From a bacterium (GTDB lineage: Bacteria > RBG-13-61-14 > DATKZS01): 32,089 bases of DNA. The position numbers were made by a program, and so were the translations under genes. Where the stretch lies: assembly GCA_046484135.1 (NCBI GenBank), contig JAWOBU010000028.1, positions 1 through 32,089 of the forward strand. Direction: 5' to 3'. Below the pieces are notes generated by a model that made no database searches, was not told the DNA's origin, and saw only the letters and a list, made by a program, of their open reading frames with translations. Shown here piece after piece: positions 1-8,447 of this stretch; the stretch's first letter is position 1; every line of letters starts with the position of its first letter.

Positions 1-74
1 GCCGGCACTAAGCCGTTGTCGTTCCACTTGATCTTGTTCTTGATCTCTTCAAACTTCTGCGCTTCATCACTCAT
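1..74 (-). CDS. hisI: Phosphoribosyl-AMP cyclohydrolase, N-terminus only (runs off the window edge)
   Basis: Not in the ORF track. Manual translation from ATG 74 gives MSDEAQKFEEIKNKIKWNDNGLVPA..., matching the HisI start (W/F-x-x-x-GLVPA). AAGGAG Shine-Dalgarno at 85-90 on the minus strand. Confidence 0.8.
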   Translation of the reverse strand, partial: MSDEAQKFEEIKNKIKWNDNGLVP

Positions 75-214
75 TTCCGGATTACTCCTTTACAGGTTCT
101 TGTCCCGGCAATTTTGTCTTCTCTGTTGTCCGGGTTTTTTACAGGAATGCCACAGAGCGGGGCGAGTTTCAAGTCGAGGGATACAAGAAAAGCGGGCCGG
201 CTCCTGGAATCTTC

Positions 215-2047
215 TTATTGTTTCGCTCCAAAGATTTTCTGCCAGATGCCTGTCTGCTTTCTTTTCTGGTTCAGATAGGCGAGCTCCCTTTGGACGGAGG
301 GCTCCTCCGGATCGAGCTCGAGAGCCTTGTTGAACATCTCTTCCGCCTGTTCATAGTCGCTTTCCTGCTTGGCTATGACGCCGAGGTAATAATAGGCCTT
401 TGTAAGTCCTTGGTCTATCTTCAGGGCCGAGTATAGATAATCCTTGGCCTCCCGGCCCCCCTCCCGGGCGCGAAAGATGGCCCAGCCCAGGTCCGTGTAA
501 TACTCTGCCTCTTTGGCGTTCAAATCGAGTGTCCGCGAGAAAAACTCTCTGGCGTGGCCGGGACAGTTGTGCTTCATGTACCACTTTCCCCGCTCGTGCA
601 TCTTCTGCGCCAGGGAAACCCTCAAAGGCATCTTGTACGCTCTTTCCTCTTCCGCTTCAGCCAGGCCCTTTTCGTACTCGAACCTCTTGTCCGGGTCCAC
701 CAGCACGTAATAAGCCTCTTCCAACCTGGTGAACACTTCCTGGAGCATGTCGAGAAGCTCTTGGGGAGTGTCGGAGTTGACTTCCAGCTCTTCCAGTCGC
801 CGCCTCCGGTCGGTGTAAGCCTCCACTATCCCTTCGGCTTCTTCCTCCAGGCTTACTCCCAAAAGATCATAGAGGTTCAACGCCATATCAATGCGTTCTT
901 TCTCGGCTTCCACGGTCCGCTTTACCTCTTGTGCCCTTTTTTCTCTTTCACCCTCTTTTGGGTCGGGCCCGTCTTCGGGAGGCCGGGCCGGCGTACTTTT
1001 TAATTTTGGGGATTCGACATCAAACGGCTTTTCCGCGGTCCCGCCTTTTGCCGGCTTCCTCTCGTGGCCGGAAAAATCGTGCTTCGGGCCGGGCCGGCAA
1101 TCCTTCTCCGGCACGGACACTTCCTCTTTTACTGACCTTGTTATGATGTAGTCGGTAGAGATTTCCTCGCCGGTGTCCGCGGCACGCTTGTCTTCTGCTT
1201 CCCGGCCGCCTGCCCTGGCATGGCCGTCCTCGGGCATGGGCGCTGTTTCAAAAGGTGCTTCCCTCGATGGTTCTTTTCCCTCCCTTTCCGTTTCGGAAAC
1301 CGGCCTGCTTACGAAGGTAAGAACGCGGGTTACGATCAGAAGATAGAGTGCGTAAAGAGCGAGGTTTATGTCCTGCATCTCTTCCTGAAATATGTTGACG
1401 GCTTTTTTCAGCTTTACCTCGTTTTGGAAAAAATCAAGGATATGACTTTTTTCAAACAAGGGGGCGGGCAAAAGGAAGTGGTCTTTCAGCTCCTTGTTCA
1501 GCATGACTTTTTCTTCCCCAAGCCGGTAGATTTCCTGGAAGAGATCGGTCAGATGAAAGCTGACCATCCCCTCGTAAATGATATCCAAGGGATTCAAGTC
1601 GAACATCTCGATTTCCGCAAACCCGTCGTCTGACTTGGTGAATCCGTATTTCCCGGACCTCATGCCGACGGCTTCTATGATGGTCTGTCTTGCGGCAAGG
1701 GCCTTGTAGTAGTAAAGCCGGCTTTCGGAAACCTCACAGACCATCTTCAGGCATTGTTCGTAATCCATGTCTTTGTCACGGGCCAGTTGCTTGACTTGCA
1801 GTATGTCTTCGCTGGAGAGCTTTTTGTCCTTTGCCGCGAGATCAAGAAGGGCGGCGCCTGCTCCTGTAGTGGAAACGTTCACCGGAATGCCGTTAAAGAG
1901 GAATATGGTGGTTGTTTTAGCGGGACTACGCAGTTCGAGCTGTCCGGTTTTCCGGGAGGCGAACAGAGCGCCCAGGAGGGTTATGGGAGGACAGGTCTCC
2001 AGGCTGCCCTCTTTTAGTACGTCGGGTTTCAGGTCATATAAGCTCAT
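215..2047 (-). CDS. DUF4388-like N-terminal domain, low-complexity linker, DnaJ-like domain lacking HPD, C-terminal TPR repeats
   Basis: N-terminal GSL...KTGQLEL...IFLFNGIPV pattern (DUF4388/PATAN-like). J-like segment NLYDLLGV...FTRLEEAYYVLVDPDKRFEY. TPR-like helices (AYYYLGVIAKQESDYEQAEEMFNKALELDP). Confidence 0.75.
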   Translation of the reverse strand: MSLYDLKPDVLKEGSLETCPPITLLGALFASRKTGQLELRSPAKTTTIFLFNGIPVNVSTTGAGAALLDLAAKDKKLSSEDILQVKQLARDKDMDYEQCLKMVCEVSESRLYYYKALAARQTIIEAVGMRSGKYGFTKSDDGFAEIEMFDLNPLDIIYEGMVSFHLTDLFQEIYRLGEEKVMLNKELKDHFLLPAPLFEKSHILDFFQNEVKLKKAVNIFQEEMQDINLALYALYLLIVTRVLTFVSRPVSETEREGKEPSREAPFETAPMPEDGHARAGGREAEDKRAADTGEEISTDYIITRSVKEEVSVPEKDCRPGPKHDFSGHERKPAKGGTAEKPFDVESPKLKSTPARPPEDGPDPKEGEREKRAQEVKRTVEAEKERIDMALNLYDLLGVSLEEEAEGIVEAYTDRRRRLEELEVNSDTPQELLDMLQEVFTRLEEAYYVLVDPDKRFEYEKGLAEAEEERAYKMPLRVSLAQKMHERGKWYMKHNCPGHAREFFSRTLDLNAKEAEYYTDLGWAIFRAREGGREAKDYLYSALKIDQGLTKAYYYLGVIAKQESDYEQAEEMFNKALELDPEEPSVQRELAYLNQKRKQTGIWQKIFGAKQ

Positions 2048-2198
2048 GATCGAGAGGCCCCGTCATGCAGTTTTTACCGGTGCTTTTGATTAACGGCGTC
2101 TCTCTCCGCAGGCGGCCTGGCCTTCTGTTTGGAACAGAGCTTTATGTCCTCGGAACTGAAAGCGCCTTTTTTAGTATAACAGTTTGTTTACTCTTTGT

Positions 2199-4046
2199 TT
2201 ACTCGTTGTCCTTTTCGTCCTGGAGCTGCTCGTCATAGCGGAGCAGCTCTTCGAACATCATGTCCACTCCCAGCACCCCCGCGATTTCGGCCCCTTCCCG
2301 GTCCAGGATCGGCCCGGACACGGTAACGCACAAGCGGTTGGTTATCCGGGAGGTGTAAAAATCGGTTACATGGACCTTGCCGTCCTCCAACGCCGTCTTG
2401 AACCACTGCCGGTTCGAGTAGTCGCTGCCTATGACCTCGTCGGAAAAAGCGTGCTTGTCCCCCGGGTGGGTTACCGGACGGGTCCGCAGCTTTCCGTCCA
2501 GGTCCACCACGTAGGCGTACTGGATATAAGGGCTGTCCTTCAAAAGCCCGGCCAGCGCCGGCTCGATCCTTTCCGCTTCCATGCTGCGCAGGTCGTCGGT
2601 TTCGATGATTTGTTCGACCTGCTCCATGGCCAGGTGCTCGGCGTGTTTCTTGAGCCGGTCGAAGTGGGACACGAAGTATTGGGGAAGGTACCGGGCGGCG
2701 AGCTGGCGCATTTCCTTCTGCGACATGGACGTTACCCGGCCCTGCTCGTACTGCTCCTTGATCTTCTGATGGAGTGCTATAACCCCTGGATGGCGTTTGC
2801 TTATCCTGTCTTCTCCTCTGAGGCCCAAGTAATCGTTCAACCAGTAGGTTATACCGGCCACGCCCGACTTGTCGTTGATGATGACCCTCATGGGCCGGTT
2901 AAGTATCTTGGCGGTATCAAAAATGTTGTAGATTTCCTCGTTCTTGATGGCGCCGTCGGCATGGATGCCCGCGCTGGTGGTGTTAAACTCCTCGCCCACG
3001 AAAGGATAGTTGGAAGGAATGTAGACCCCCAGTTCCTTGTCGAAGTACTCAGCGATCTCGGTTATGACCGTGGTGTCCGCCCCTAACCTGTTCCCCCGCA
3101 GGGAAAGGTACTCGATAACCAGTCCTTCCACCGGCGGGTTGCCGGTCCGCTCGCCGAACCCGAGCAGGGTGCCGTTCGCCGCAGAGCAGCCGTGATTCCA
3201 GGCAGTGACCGCGTTTACCAGAACCTTGTGGAAGTCGTTGTGGCCGTGCCATTCCAGGCATTCGCCGGGCACGCCCGCTTCGTCAGTCATGGCCCGGACC
3301 CACTTGTCCACGGCGCGGGGAAGCGCCGCCCCCGGGTAGGGAACGCCGTATCCCATGGTGTCGCAGATTCTTATCTTGATCTTGATACCGGACTCCTCCA
3401 TGAGCTTCATGAGCTCCTGCGCAAAAGGCACGCAGAACCCGTACACGTCCGCCCGGGTGGCGTCCTCGAAATGGCAGCGGGGGGAGATGCCCAGAGACAG
3501 GGCCTCCTTGACTATGGCCAGGTAATCCTCGAGAGCCTGGCTCCGGGTTTTTCCCATCTTCAGGTAGATGTGGTAGTCGGACGCAGAGGTGAGGATCCCG
3601 GTCTCTTTTATCTCCATCTCCTTCACCAGCTTCAGGTCGTCCTTGTTGGCCCGGATCCAGCCGGTTATCTCCGGGTAGCGGAAGCCGAGCTCTTTGCACT
3701 TCTCCACCGCCTCCTTGTCCTTGTCGCTGTAAAGAAAAAACTCGGTCTGGCGGATCAGCCCGCCCGGGCCGCCCAGCCGGTGCATCAGGGTGTAGATGTC
3801 AACGATCTGGCGGGCCGAGTAAGGCGGCCGCGCCTGCTGGCCGTCCCTGAAGGTGGTGTCGGTGATAAAGGCGTCTTCCGCGGGCTGCACCGGCAGGATA
3901 ACGCCGTCAAAGGCGATCCGGGGAACTTCGGTGTAGGGAAAGTCCTCCCGTAACAGGTTGGGCTCGCCCGGCTCCTCGAAGTAAGACCTCTTGAACTTGC
4001 CCGCATCACTTTTTATCAGCATAAATCTATCGTCCCATTTGACCAT
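2199..4046 (-). CDS. Re-citrate synthase-like DRE-TIM metallolyase (LeuA/homocitrate synthase superfamily) with C-terminal Cache (PDC) domain
   Basis: DTTFRDGQQ active-site helix, HGHND metal ligands, GERTGN and AGIHADG motifs. N-terminal EPNLLREDFPYTEVPRI resembles clostridial/Syntrophus Re-citrate synthases. C-terminal DYSNRQWF...TDFYTS...VTVSGPI...GVLGVD is Cache-like. Confidence 0.8.
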   Translation of the reverse strand: MVKWDDRFMLIKSDAGKFKRSYFEEPGEPNLLREDFPYTEVPRIAFDGVILPVQPAEDAFITDTTFRDGQQARPPYSARQIVDIYTLMHRLGGPGGLIRQTEFFLYSDKDKEAVEKCKELGFRYPEITGWIRANKDDLKLVKEMEIKETGILTSASDYHIYLKMGKTRSQALEDYLAIVKEALSLGISPRCHFEDATRADVYGFCVPFAQELMKLMEESGIKIKIRICDTMGYGVPYPGAALPRAVDKWVRAMTDEAGVPGECLEWHGHNDFHKVLVNAVTAWNHGCSAANGTLLGFGERTGNPPVEGLVIEYLSLRGNRLGADTTVITEIAEYFDKELGVYIPSNYPFVGEEFNTTSAGIHADGAIKNEEIYNIFDTAKILNRPMRVIINDKSGVAGITYWLNDYLGLRGEDRISKRHPGVIALHQKIKEQYEQGRVTSMSQKEMRQLAARYLPQYFVSHFDRLKKHAEHLAMEQVEQIIETDDLRSMEAERIEPALAGLLKDSPYIQYAYVVDLDGKLRTRPVTHPGDKHAFSDEVIGSDYSNRQWFKTALEDGKVHVTDFYTSRITNRLCVTVSGPILDREGAEIAGVLGVDMMFEELLRYDEQLQDEKDNE

Positions 4047-4195
4047 GGAGCACTCCTTTTCCGATTTCCGACCGGCCGGCCGGGCCGCTTATTACAATGT
4101 AGGTTAAAGTAACAGGGCTGTGAATGAACCGAGTCCCTACGGACGAATAATCACCAAGGAAGTTATTATAGCTTTTCCTGCTTATTTCTCAAGGA

Positions 4196-4483
4196 CTAAG
4201 CCTTCTTTTGCATAGCAAGGCTCTGGCTGCGGTGGAAGATGGAGAAAAGCATGTGGTCTATCATGCAGCGGAGAGTGAAACCCATCATCCGAGCTTCCAC
4301 GTGCGCGGAACCCAGAAGATCGAGGCCCTTGTCCCACGCTTCTTCCTCAGTATAACCAACATCCTTGTAAAACTTATAGGACCTCGCGAGCGCACTACGT
4401 ACGTCCTCGTAATCGTGTCCGTAATTTACGGAAAACCGCTCAACTTCGTACTCCAGGTAATCCCGCCGCTTCTGTTTATTCAA
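4196..4483 (-). CDS. Hypothetical protein (95 aa)
   Basis: TTG start preceded by AAAGGAGAGG. Fills the gap between known genes. No family recognised. Confidence 0.65.
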   Translation of the reverse strand: MNKQKRRDYLEYEVERFSVNYGHDYEDVRSALARSYKFYKDVGYTEEEAWDKGLDLLGSAHVEARMMGFTLRCMIDHMLFSIFHRSQSLAMQKKA

Positions 4484-4603
4484 TTTATCCTCTCCTTTAT
4501 GCTTGATCCTTCCTTCTATTAGTAATAATCTTTATTATTCAGACGCCTCTGCTCGTGAATAGTTACATGGTATTACAAGGCCTTTTCTTTGCCCCCCTTA
4601 CGG

Positions 4604-4632
4604 TAGCAAGAAACAGTAAATCGTACTATAAT
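4604..4632 (+). promoter_or_regulatory. Putative sigma70 promoter of exbB
   Basis: TAGCAA (4604-4609), 17-nt spacer, TATAAT (4627-4632). Confidence 0.5.
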
Positions 4633-4639
4633 TCCGGTT

Positions 4640-5398
4640 ATGCAGTTTATAGCGGAAGAGTTGTACGGAGGGTTTAACCAGGCGTGGTCGTTTTTCCTGA
4701 AAGGCGGTCCCCTGGCCTGGCCGATCCTGGCTTGTTCCCTGATCGCGCTGGCGGTGATAATCGAACGCTGGTGGGTGTACCGGCGGGCGGTTATTTCCGC
4801 GGCCGGCTGGCAGAGCTCTTTTTTCTCCAAGCTATCGGGAGGCGACCTGGAGGGAGCGAGGACAAAGCTTCCCGCCAGGCGTTCTCCTTCGGCCCGGGTG
4901 CTCGAAGCTCTTCTGGAGCGGGTGCGGAGCAACCACTTCTCGCGGTCGGACCTGGAGAAGACCGCCAACCACCTGGGCTCGCGGGAAGTGCGGGAGCTGG
5001 AAAGACACCTCCCCACCCTGTCCACCATCGGTAATATCGCGCCGCTCCTCGGGCTCACCGGCACCGTGCTCGGCATGGTCAAGGCCTTTATGAGTATCGA
5101 AAGCATGGGAGGCAAGGTGAACGCGTCCGTGCTCGCCGGCGGGATCTGGGAAGCGCTTCTTACTACCCTGTTCGGCCTGGCAGTGGCCATACCCGCGGTA
5201 ATAGCCCATAACATCCTCTCCGCAAGAGTCCAGCGCCTCGCAGGCGAAATCCAGGACCAGGCAGTCGAGTTCATCGAGACGGTGGGACAGATGCAGGAAA
5301 AGGATGATGCCTTTGTGCAGGAAGACGAACCTGAGCTCAAGTCGGCAAAAGAACGGGAGCCGGAGTTCAGCGACGTGAAAGGCGGCCGTCATGGTTGA
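4640..5398 (+). CDS. exbB: MotA/TolQ/ExbB proton channel family protein
   Basis: GGPLAWPIL, LSTIGNIAPLLGLTGTVLGM, LAGGIWEALLTTLFGLAVAIPA. Overlaps the exbD start. Confidence 0.9.
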   Translation: MQFIAEELYGGFNQAWSFFLKGGPLAWPILACSLIALAVIIERWWVYRRAVISAAGWQSSFFSKLSGGDLEGARTKLPARRSPSARVLEALLERVRSNHFSRSDLEKTANHLGSREVRELERHLPTLSTIGNIAPLLGLTGTVLGMVKAFMSIESMGGKVNASVLAGGIWEALLTTLFGLAVAIPAVIAHNILSARVQRLAGEIQDQAVEFIETVGQMQEKDDAFVQEDEPELKSAKEREPEFSDVKGGRHG

Positions 5399-5804
5399 GA
5401 TCAAGTCCACCCGGCCCTCGGAAAGCGCGCTCAACATCACGCCCCTGGTGGACATCGTATTTCTGCTTCTCATCTTTTTCCTTTTGACCGCCTTTTTCGT
5501 GGAGCCGCAGGGGTTGGGGGTCGAGCTTCCGGAAGCGGAAGGTGCGCCGGTTGCCGAGCAGGAAGAGCTGGTTGTGGTGATTGACAAGCACGAGAACATC
5601 ACCATCAAAGAGGTGCCGGTGGCACTTTCCGACCTCGAAAAGGAAGTCAGCGGTTTTTTAGAGAATCATCCGGACAGCGCTGTGGTGATAAAGTCGGACC
5701 GGGCGGTCAAGCTGGACGCGGTAGTGAAGGCCATGGACCGTTGCAAAAAAGGCGGAGCAAAAGAGCTTGTCATCGCTACCGAAGCTCCTCCGCCGTCTCC
5801 TTGA
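5391..5804 (+). CDS. exbD: Biopolymer transporter ExbD/TolR
   Basis: LNITPLVDIVFLLLIFFLLT transmembrane motif with the conserved Asp; VVIKSDRAV periplasmic motif. Confidence 0.9.
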   Translation: MVEIKSTRPSESALNITPLVDIVFLLLIFFLLTAFFVEPQGLGVELPEAEGAPVAEQEELVVVIDKHENITIKEVPVALSDLEKEVSGFLENHPDSAVVIKSDRAVKLDAVVKAMDRCKKGGAKELVIATEAPPPSP

Positions 5805-5817
5805 GTTCGTTTTTTAC

Positions 5818-5846
5818 TTGTACTGAACACCCTTGCCGGTTATAAT
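5818..5846 (+). promoter_or_regulatory. Putative sigma70 promoter
   Basis: TTGTAC, 17-nt spacer, TATAAT, 40 nt upstream of ATG 5887. Confidence 0.6.
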
Positions 5847-5886
5847 GATTTCCGGCTTATGAGGAACCGGTTTCAGAGGAGGAAAG

Positions 5887-6261
5887 ATGTTACGAGATAT
5901 CTGGACGAGACACAAAGGAAACATCGGCCTGGCCCTGCTCATCGTCTATACCTTGAGCCTGGGGGTCGCCACGGCCGACGAGATATTCCACCTCCAACTC
6001 TTCCCCACCAAGCTGGACAAGATGATCCAGGAGTCCATCGAGAACCTGGACAGTGAAAATCCCAAAGACAGAAAACAGGCCCGGACCAACCTGCTCCAGT
6101 ACAACGAGTTCGCAGTGCCCAAGCTGGTGGCCGCTACCGACCGGGAAGGCAGGATTGGCAAGGCCGCCATGGAGCTGCTTCGCAAGATAACCGACCGCGA
6201 GTTCGACACGCCGGAAGAATGGAAACAGTGGTACCAGAAGCACCAGGAAGACTACATGTAA
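5887..6261 (+). CDS. Hypothetical single-TM protein with HEAT-repeat-like helical domain
   Basis: GAGGAGG SD, N-terminal hydrophobic helix, HEAT-like helices and LRKITDREF...EWKQWY ending. Confidence 0.75.
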   Translation: MLRDIWTRHKGNIGLALLIVYTLSLGVATADEIFHLQLFPTKLDKMIQESIENLDSENPKDRKQARTNLLQYNEFAVPKLVAATDREGRIGKAAMELLRKITDREFDTPEEWKQWYQKHQEDYM

Positions 6262-6301
6262 CCATTCCCCTCTTTTCCCATCACTAAATTAGAGAAAAAG
6301 A

Positions 6302-6329
6302 TGGACATGCCCAAAAGGCATGTTACACT
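6302..6329 (+). promoter_or_regulatory. Putative promoter with overlapping palindromic operator upstream of the NifU-family gene
   Basis: TGGACA...TGtTACACT (extended -10). Perfect inverted repeat ACATGCC-N5-GGCATGT at 6305-6323. Confidence 0.5.
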
Positions 6330-6363
6330 TGAAAGGAAAACAGGTAAAGGAAGGGATCATTAG

Positions 6364-6618
6364 ATGAAGGAAAAAGTAGAAGAGATACTGAAGGAAGTTC
6401 GACCCATGCTCCAGCGGGACGGCGGGGACATCGAGCTTATTGAAGTAAAAGACAACGGCCAGGTGCTGGTCAAGCTGCAGGGGGCCTGCGCCGGCTGTCC
6501 GGGGGCCACCATGACCTTGAAGATGGGCGTGGAACGCATCCTCAAGGAGAAGGTCCCGGGGGTCACCGAGGTAGTGGCCATGCCCTCGGACATGAGCGGG
6601 GACTCTTGCGCGACCTGA
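6364..6618 (+). CDS. NifU/NfuA C-terminal-domain Fe-S carrier protein
   Basis: VRPMLQRDGGDIEL...LQGACAGCPGATMTLKMGVE signature with CxxC. Confidence 0.93.
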   Translation: MKEKVEEILKEVRPMLQRDGGDIELIEVKDNGQVLVKLQGACAGCPGATMTLKMGVERILKEKVPGVTEVVAMPSDMSGDSCAT

Positions 6619-6736
6619 CAGGCTTTTCTCGAAAAAATTACAGGTGGGAATTGCGCTCTTCCGAGCCGCAGTAAAGATTTAAAAAGCTCTCAGCGGACGG
6701 CGGATTAAGTATACTTTGCACGTGCGGAGGAGCGAG

Positions 6737-6913
6737 ATGTCGTACAAGATCGTCTGCGAGGAGTGTATTCTGTGTGGTGCTTGTGAAACCGAATGCCCGG
6801 AAGAGGCGATAACCGAACAAGACGAATGTTATGTAATAGCCCCGGACCAATGCTCCGATTGCGGCGCATGTGCGGAGATATGCCCGCAGGAGTGCATCAT
6901 ACAAAACGAGTAA
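6737..6913 (+). CDS. 2[4Fe-4S] clostridial-type ferredoxin (58 aa)
   Basis: Two CxxCxxCxxxCP motifs (CILCGACETECP, CSDCGACAEICP). Start moved to ATG 6737, which follows GGAGGAG. Confidence 0.93.
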   Translation: MSYKIVCEECILCGACETECPEEAITEQDECYVIAPDQCSDCGACAEICPQECIIQNE

Positions 6914-6966
6914 CGAAAACTCCTCACTCTTGAATGTGCGTGAGAGTACCTGCCCAATTATGGCGG

Positions 6967-6999
6967 GCCGGGAGCTTTTGGGGTAAAGAAGCTTCCGGC
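6967..6999. terminator. Hairpin between the convergent ferredoxin and dehydratase genes, possible terminator
   Basis: GCCGGGAGCTTTT-N7-AGAAGCTTCCGGC forms a 13-bp stem including G-U pairs. No clear U-tract. Confidence 0.4.
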
Positions 7000-8223
7000 T
7001 CAGCCCAGCATCTCCAGGTAAGCGTCAATCCTGTTTCTGATCTGCTCGGACTGGTAGAGCCGCGGGTCGCCGTGGTCCGTGTCCAGGAGCAGGCCGGGTT
7101 TGCCGGTCATGCGGGTAACCTCTTCCATGGTGTCGGTAAGACCCAGGGACAAGAACCGGCAGGAGTGGTCGGAGTGGAGGATAAACCCGTCAAGGTCGTA
7201 GCGCCGGATGGTCTCGGCGATGTCGAAGGCCCGGTCGCGTATCATGGGATCATAATTTTTCAAGTAGTTTTCCGCGTAGCTCTGGAAAATGTTTTCCGGG
7301 TCAGCGGCAAGCTGGGCCCATGCGCGGGTGTAGTTGTTGGCCACCAGGTTGGCCCCCCGTTCGAGCAGGATGGTGTAAAAGTCGGCCACCGATTGCCACA
7401 GGGGCAGTCCGTCCCAGTAGAGCCGGTACTTCTCGTTGGGAATCCCGCCGATGCCTTTATTCACCCGCTCCTGCACTTCCTCGAGGAGCTTCTTGTAAAA
7501 GTCCACTGTAACCTGGGTTCCCCGCTGGTCCACGATAGGGGCCATGGCCTGGTACTGGTCGAACAGGGTCAGCGGCGCCGGCCTGGCGGTCGCGCTTTCC
7601 AGTATCATCCACCACAGCTTGCAGGCCTCCCTGGAAAGCTCCATGGTTTGTTTTAATTTGTCCGGGTCCATCTTCCGGCCGGTGAGCTCCTCCATCCAGG
7701 AGATGCACTCCTTGAGCTGGTCAATAATGTAGTCCACCACGTAAGGGTCGGGATCGTGCAAAAACCCGCGGCCCTGGCTGGGAACGTCCAGGACGAACAT
7801 GGGGGCGTTGTAACGGCGGCCCAGCTCCTCGAACCACTTGCCGATGGTCCAGCACTGGAGAGAGCCGAAGATGATCAGGTCCGGGTCGGGGATGCCGCCG
7901 ATGGGAGAGCTCTCCTTGCCGAGCTCCCGGTAGCCCAGGTCACACCGCGCGTAGGAGCACACGTCGGTCGAGTAACCCGCGGCCTCAGCGGCCTCCGCCG
8001 TCTCCAGCGCCTTGCGCTTTACCTGTAACACCACCGCGTGGTTCTCCGGATAACAGGGAAGAACGTCCATGGCGTAACAAAGCTCGGTGGGAGCAAGCGC
8101 GTTCATGTAACAGACCGGAGTGCCCTTCTCCCTGGCCTGGTGAAGGCCCACGTGATAATAAAAGTTGATCTGCTTGAGTTCCTTTAACGTCTCGAGCCGC
8201 TCTATCTTCTTGTCCTCGCTCAT
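7000..8223 (-). CDS. 2-hydroxyacyl-CoA dehydratase subunit (HgdA/FldB/BcrB-type, HGD-D family)
   Basis: PTELCYAMDVLPCYPENH, DVCSYAR, IPDPDL, KWFEEL, EKYRLYWDGLP, DGFILHSDHSCR, DTDHGDPR...RIDAYLEML. AGGAG SD. Confidence 0.9.
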   Translation of the reverse strand: MSEDKKIERLETLKELKQINFYYHVGLHQAREKGTPVCYMNALAPTELCYAMDVLPCYPENHAVVLQVKRKALETAEAAEAAGYSTDVCSYARCDLGYRELGKESSPIGGIPDPDLIIFGSLQCWTIGKWFEELGRRYNAPMFVLDVPSQGRGFLHDPDPYVVDYIIDQLKECISWMEELTGRKMDPDKLKQTMELSREACKLWWMILESATARPAPLTLFDQYQAMAPIVDQRGTQVTVDFYKKLLEEVQERVNKGIGGIPNEKYRLYWDGLPLWQSVADFYTILLERGANLVANNYTRAWAQLAADPENIFQSYAENYLKNYDPMIRDRAFDIAETIRRYDLDGFILHSDHSCRFLSLGLTDTMEEVTRMTGKPGLLLDTDHGDPRLYQSEQIRNRIDAYLEMLG

Positions 8224-8447
8224 TAACTGCTCCTAACAATTCTTTCTCTTCAACTTTCAAGTTATCATGGAGTGCGCTCGGGGGCAAGAACCGCGGTGTC
8301 CGGACGGCGGAGGGAGAGGCGCGAGCGGTGTTTTTGCTTTGCGGACTCCTGCCGTGCTAATATTTTCGGCAACAGCTTTGTAAAGGGCAAGGTTCTTTAT
8401 AGAGGCCTTGTTACATCCGCTTAATTTATACAGGGAGGGAGTGGACA

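Noticed and set aside
2199..4046. Homocitrate synthase forming an aminoadipate lysine pathway with the LysW-like gene
   Set aside because: The sequence looks closer to Re-citrate synthases, the two genes are about 15 kb apart, and no lysX/Z/Y/J/K genes are present.
6364..6618. Selenocysteine read-through at TGA stops (NfuA-like and MoaD-like genes)
   Set aside because: The domains are complete before the TGA and no SECIS-like hairpin or conserved continuation was evident.
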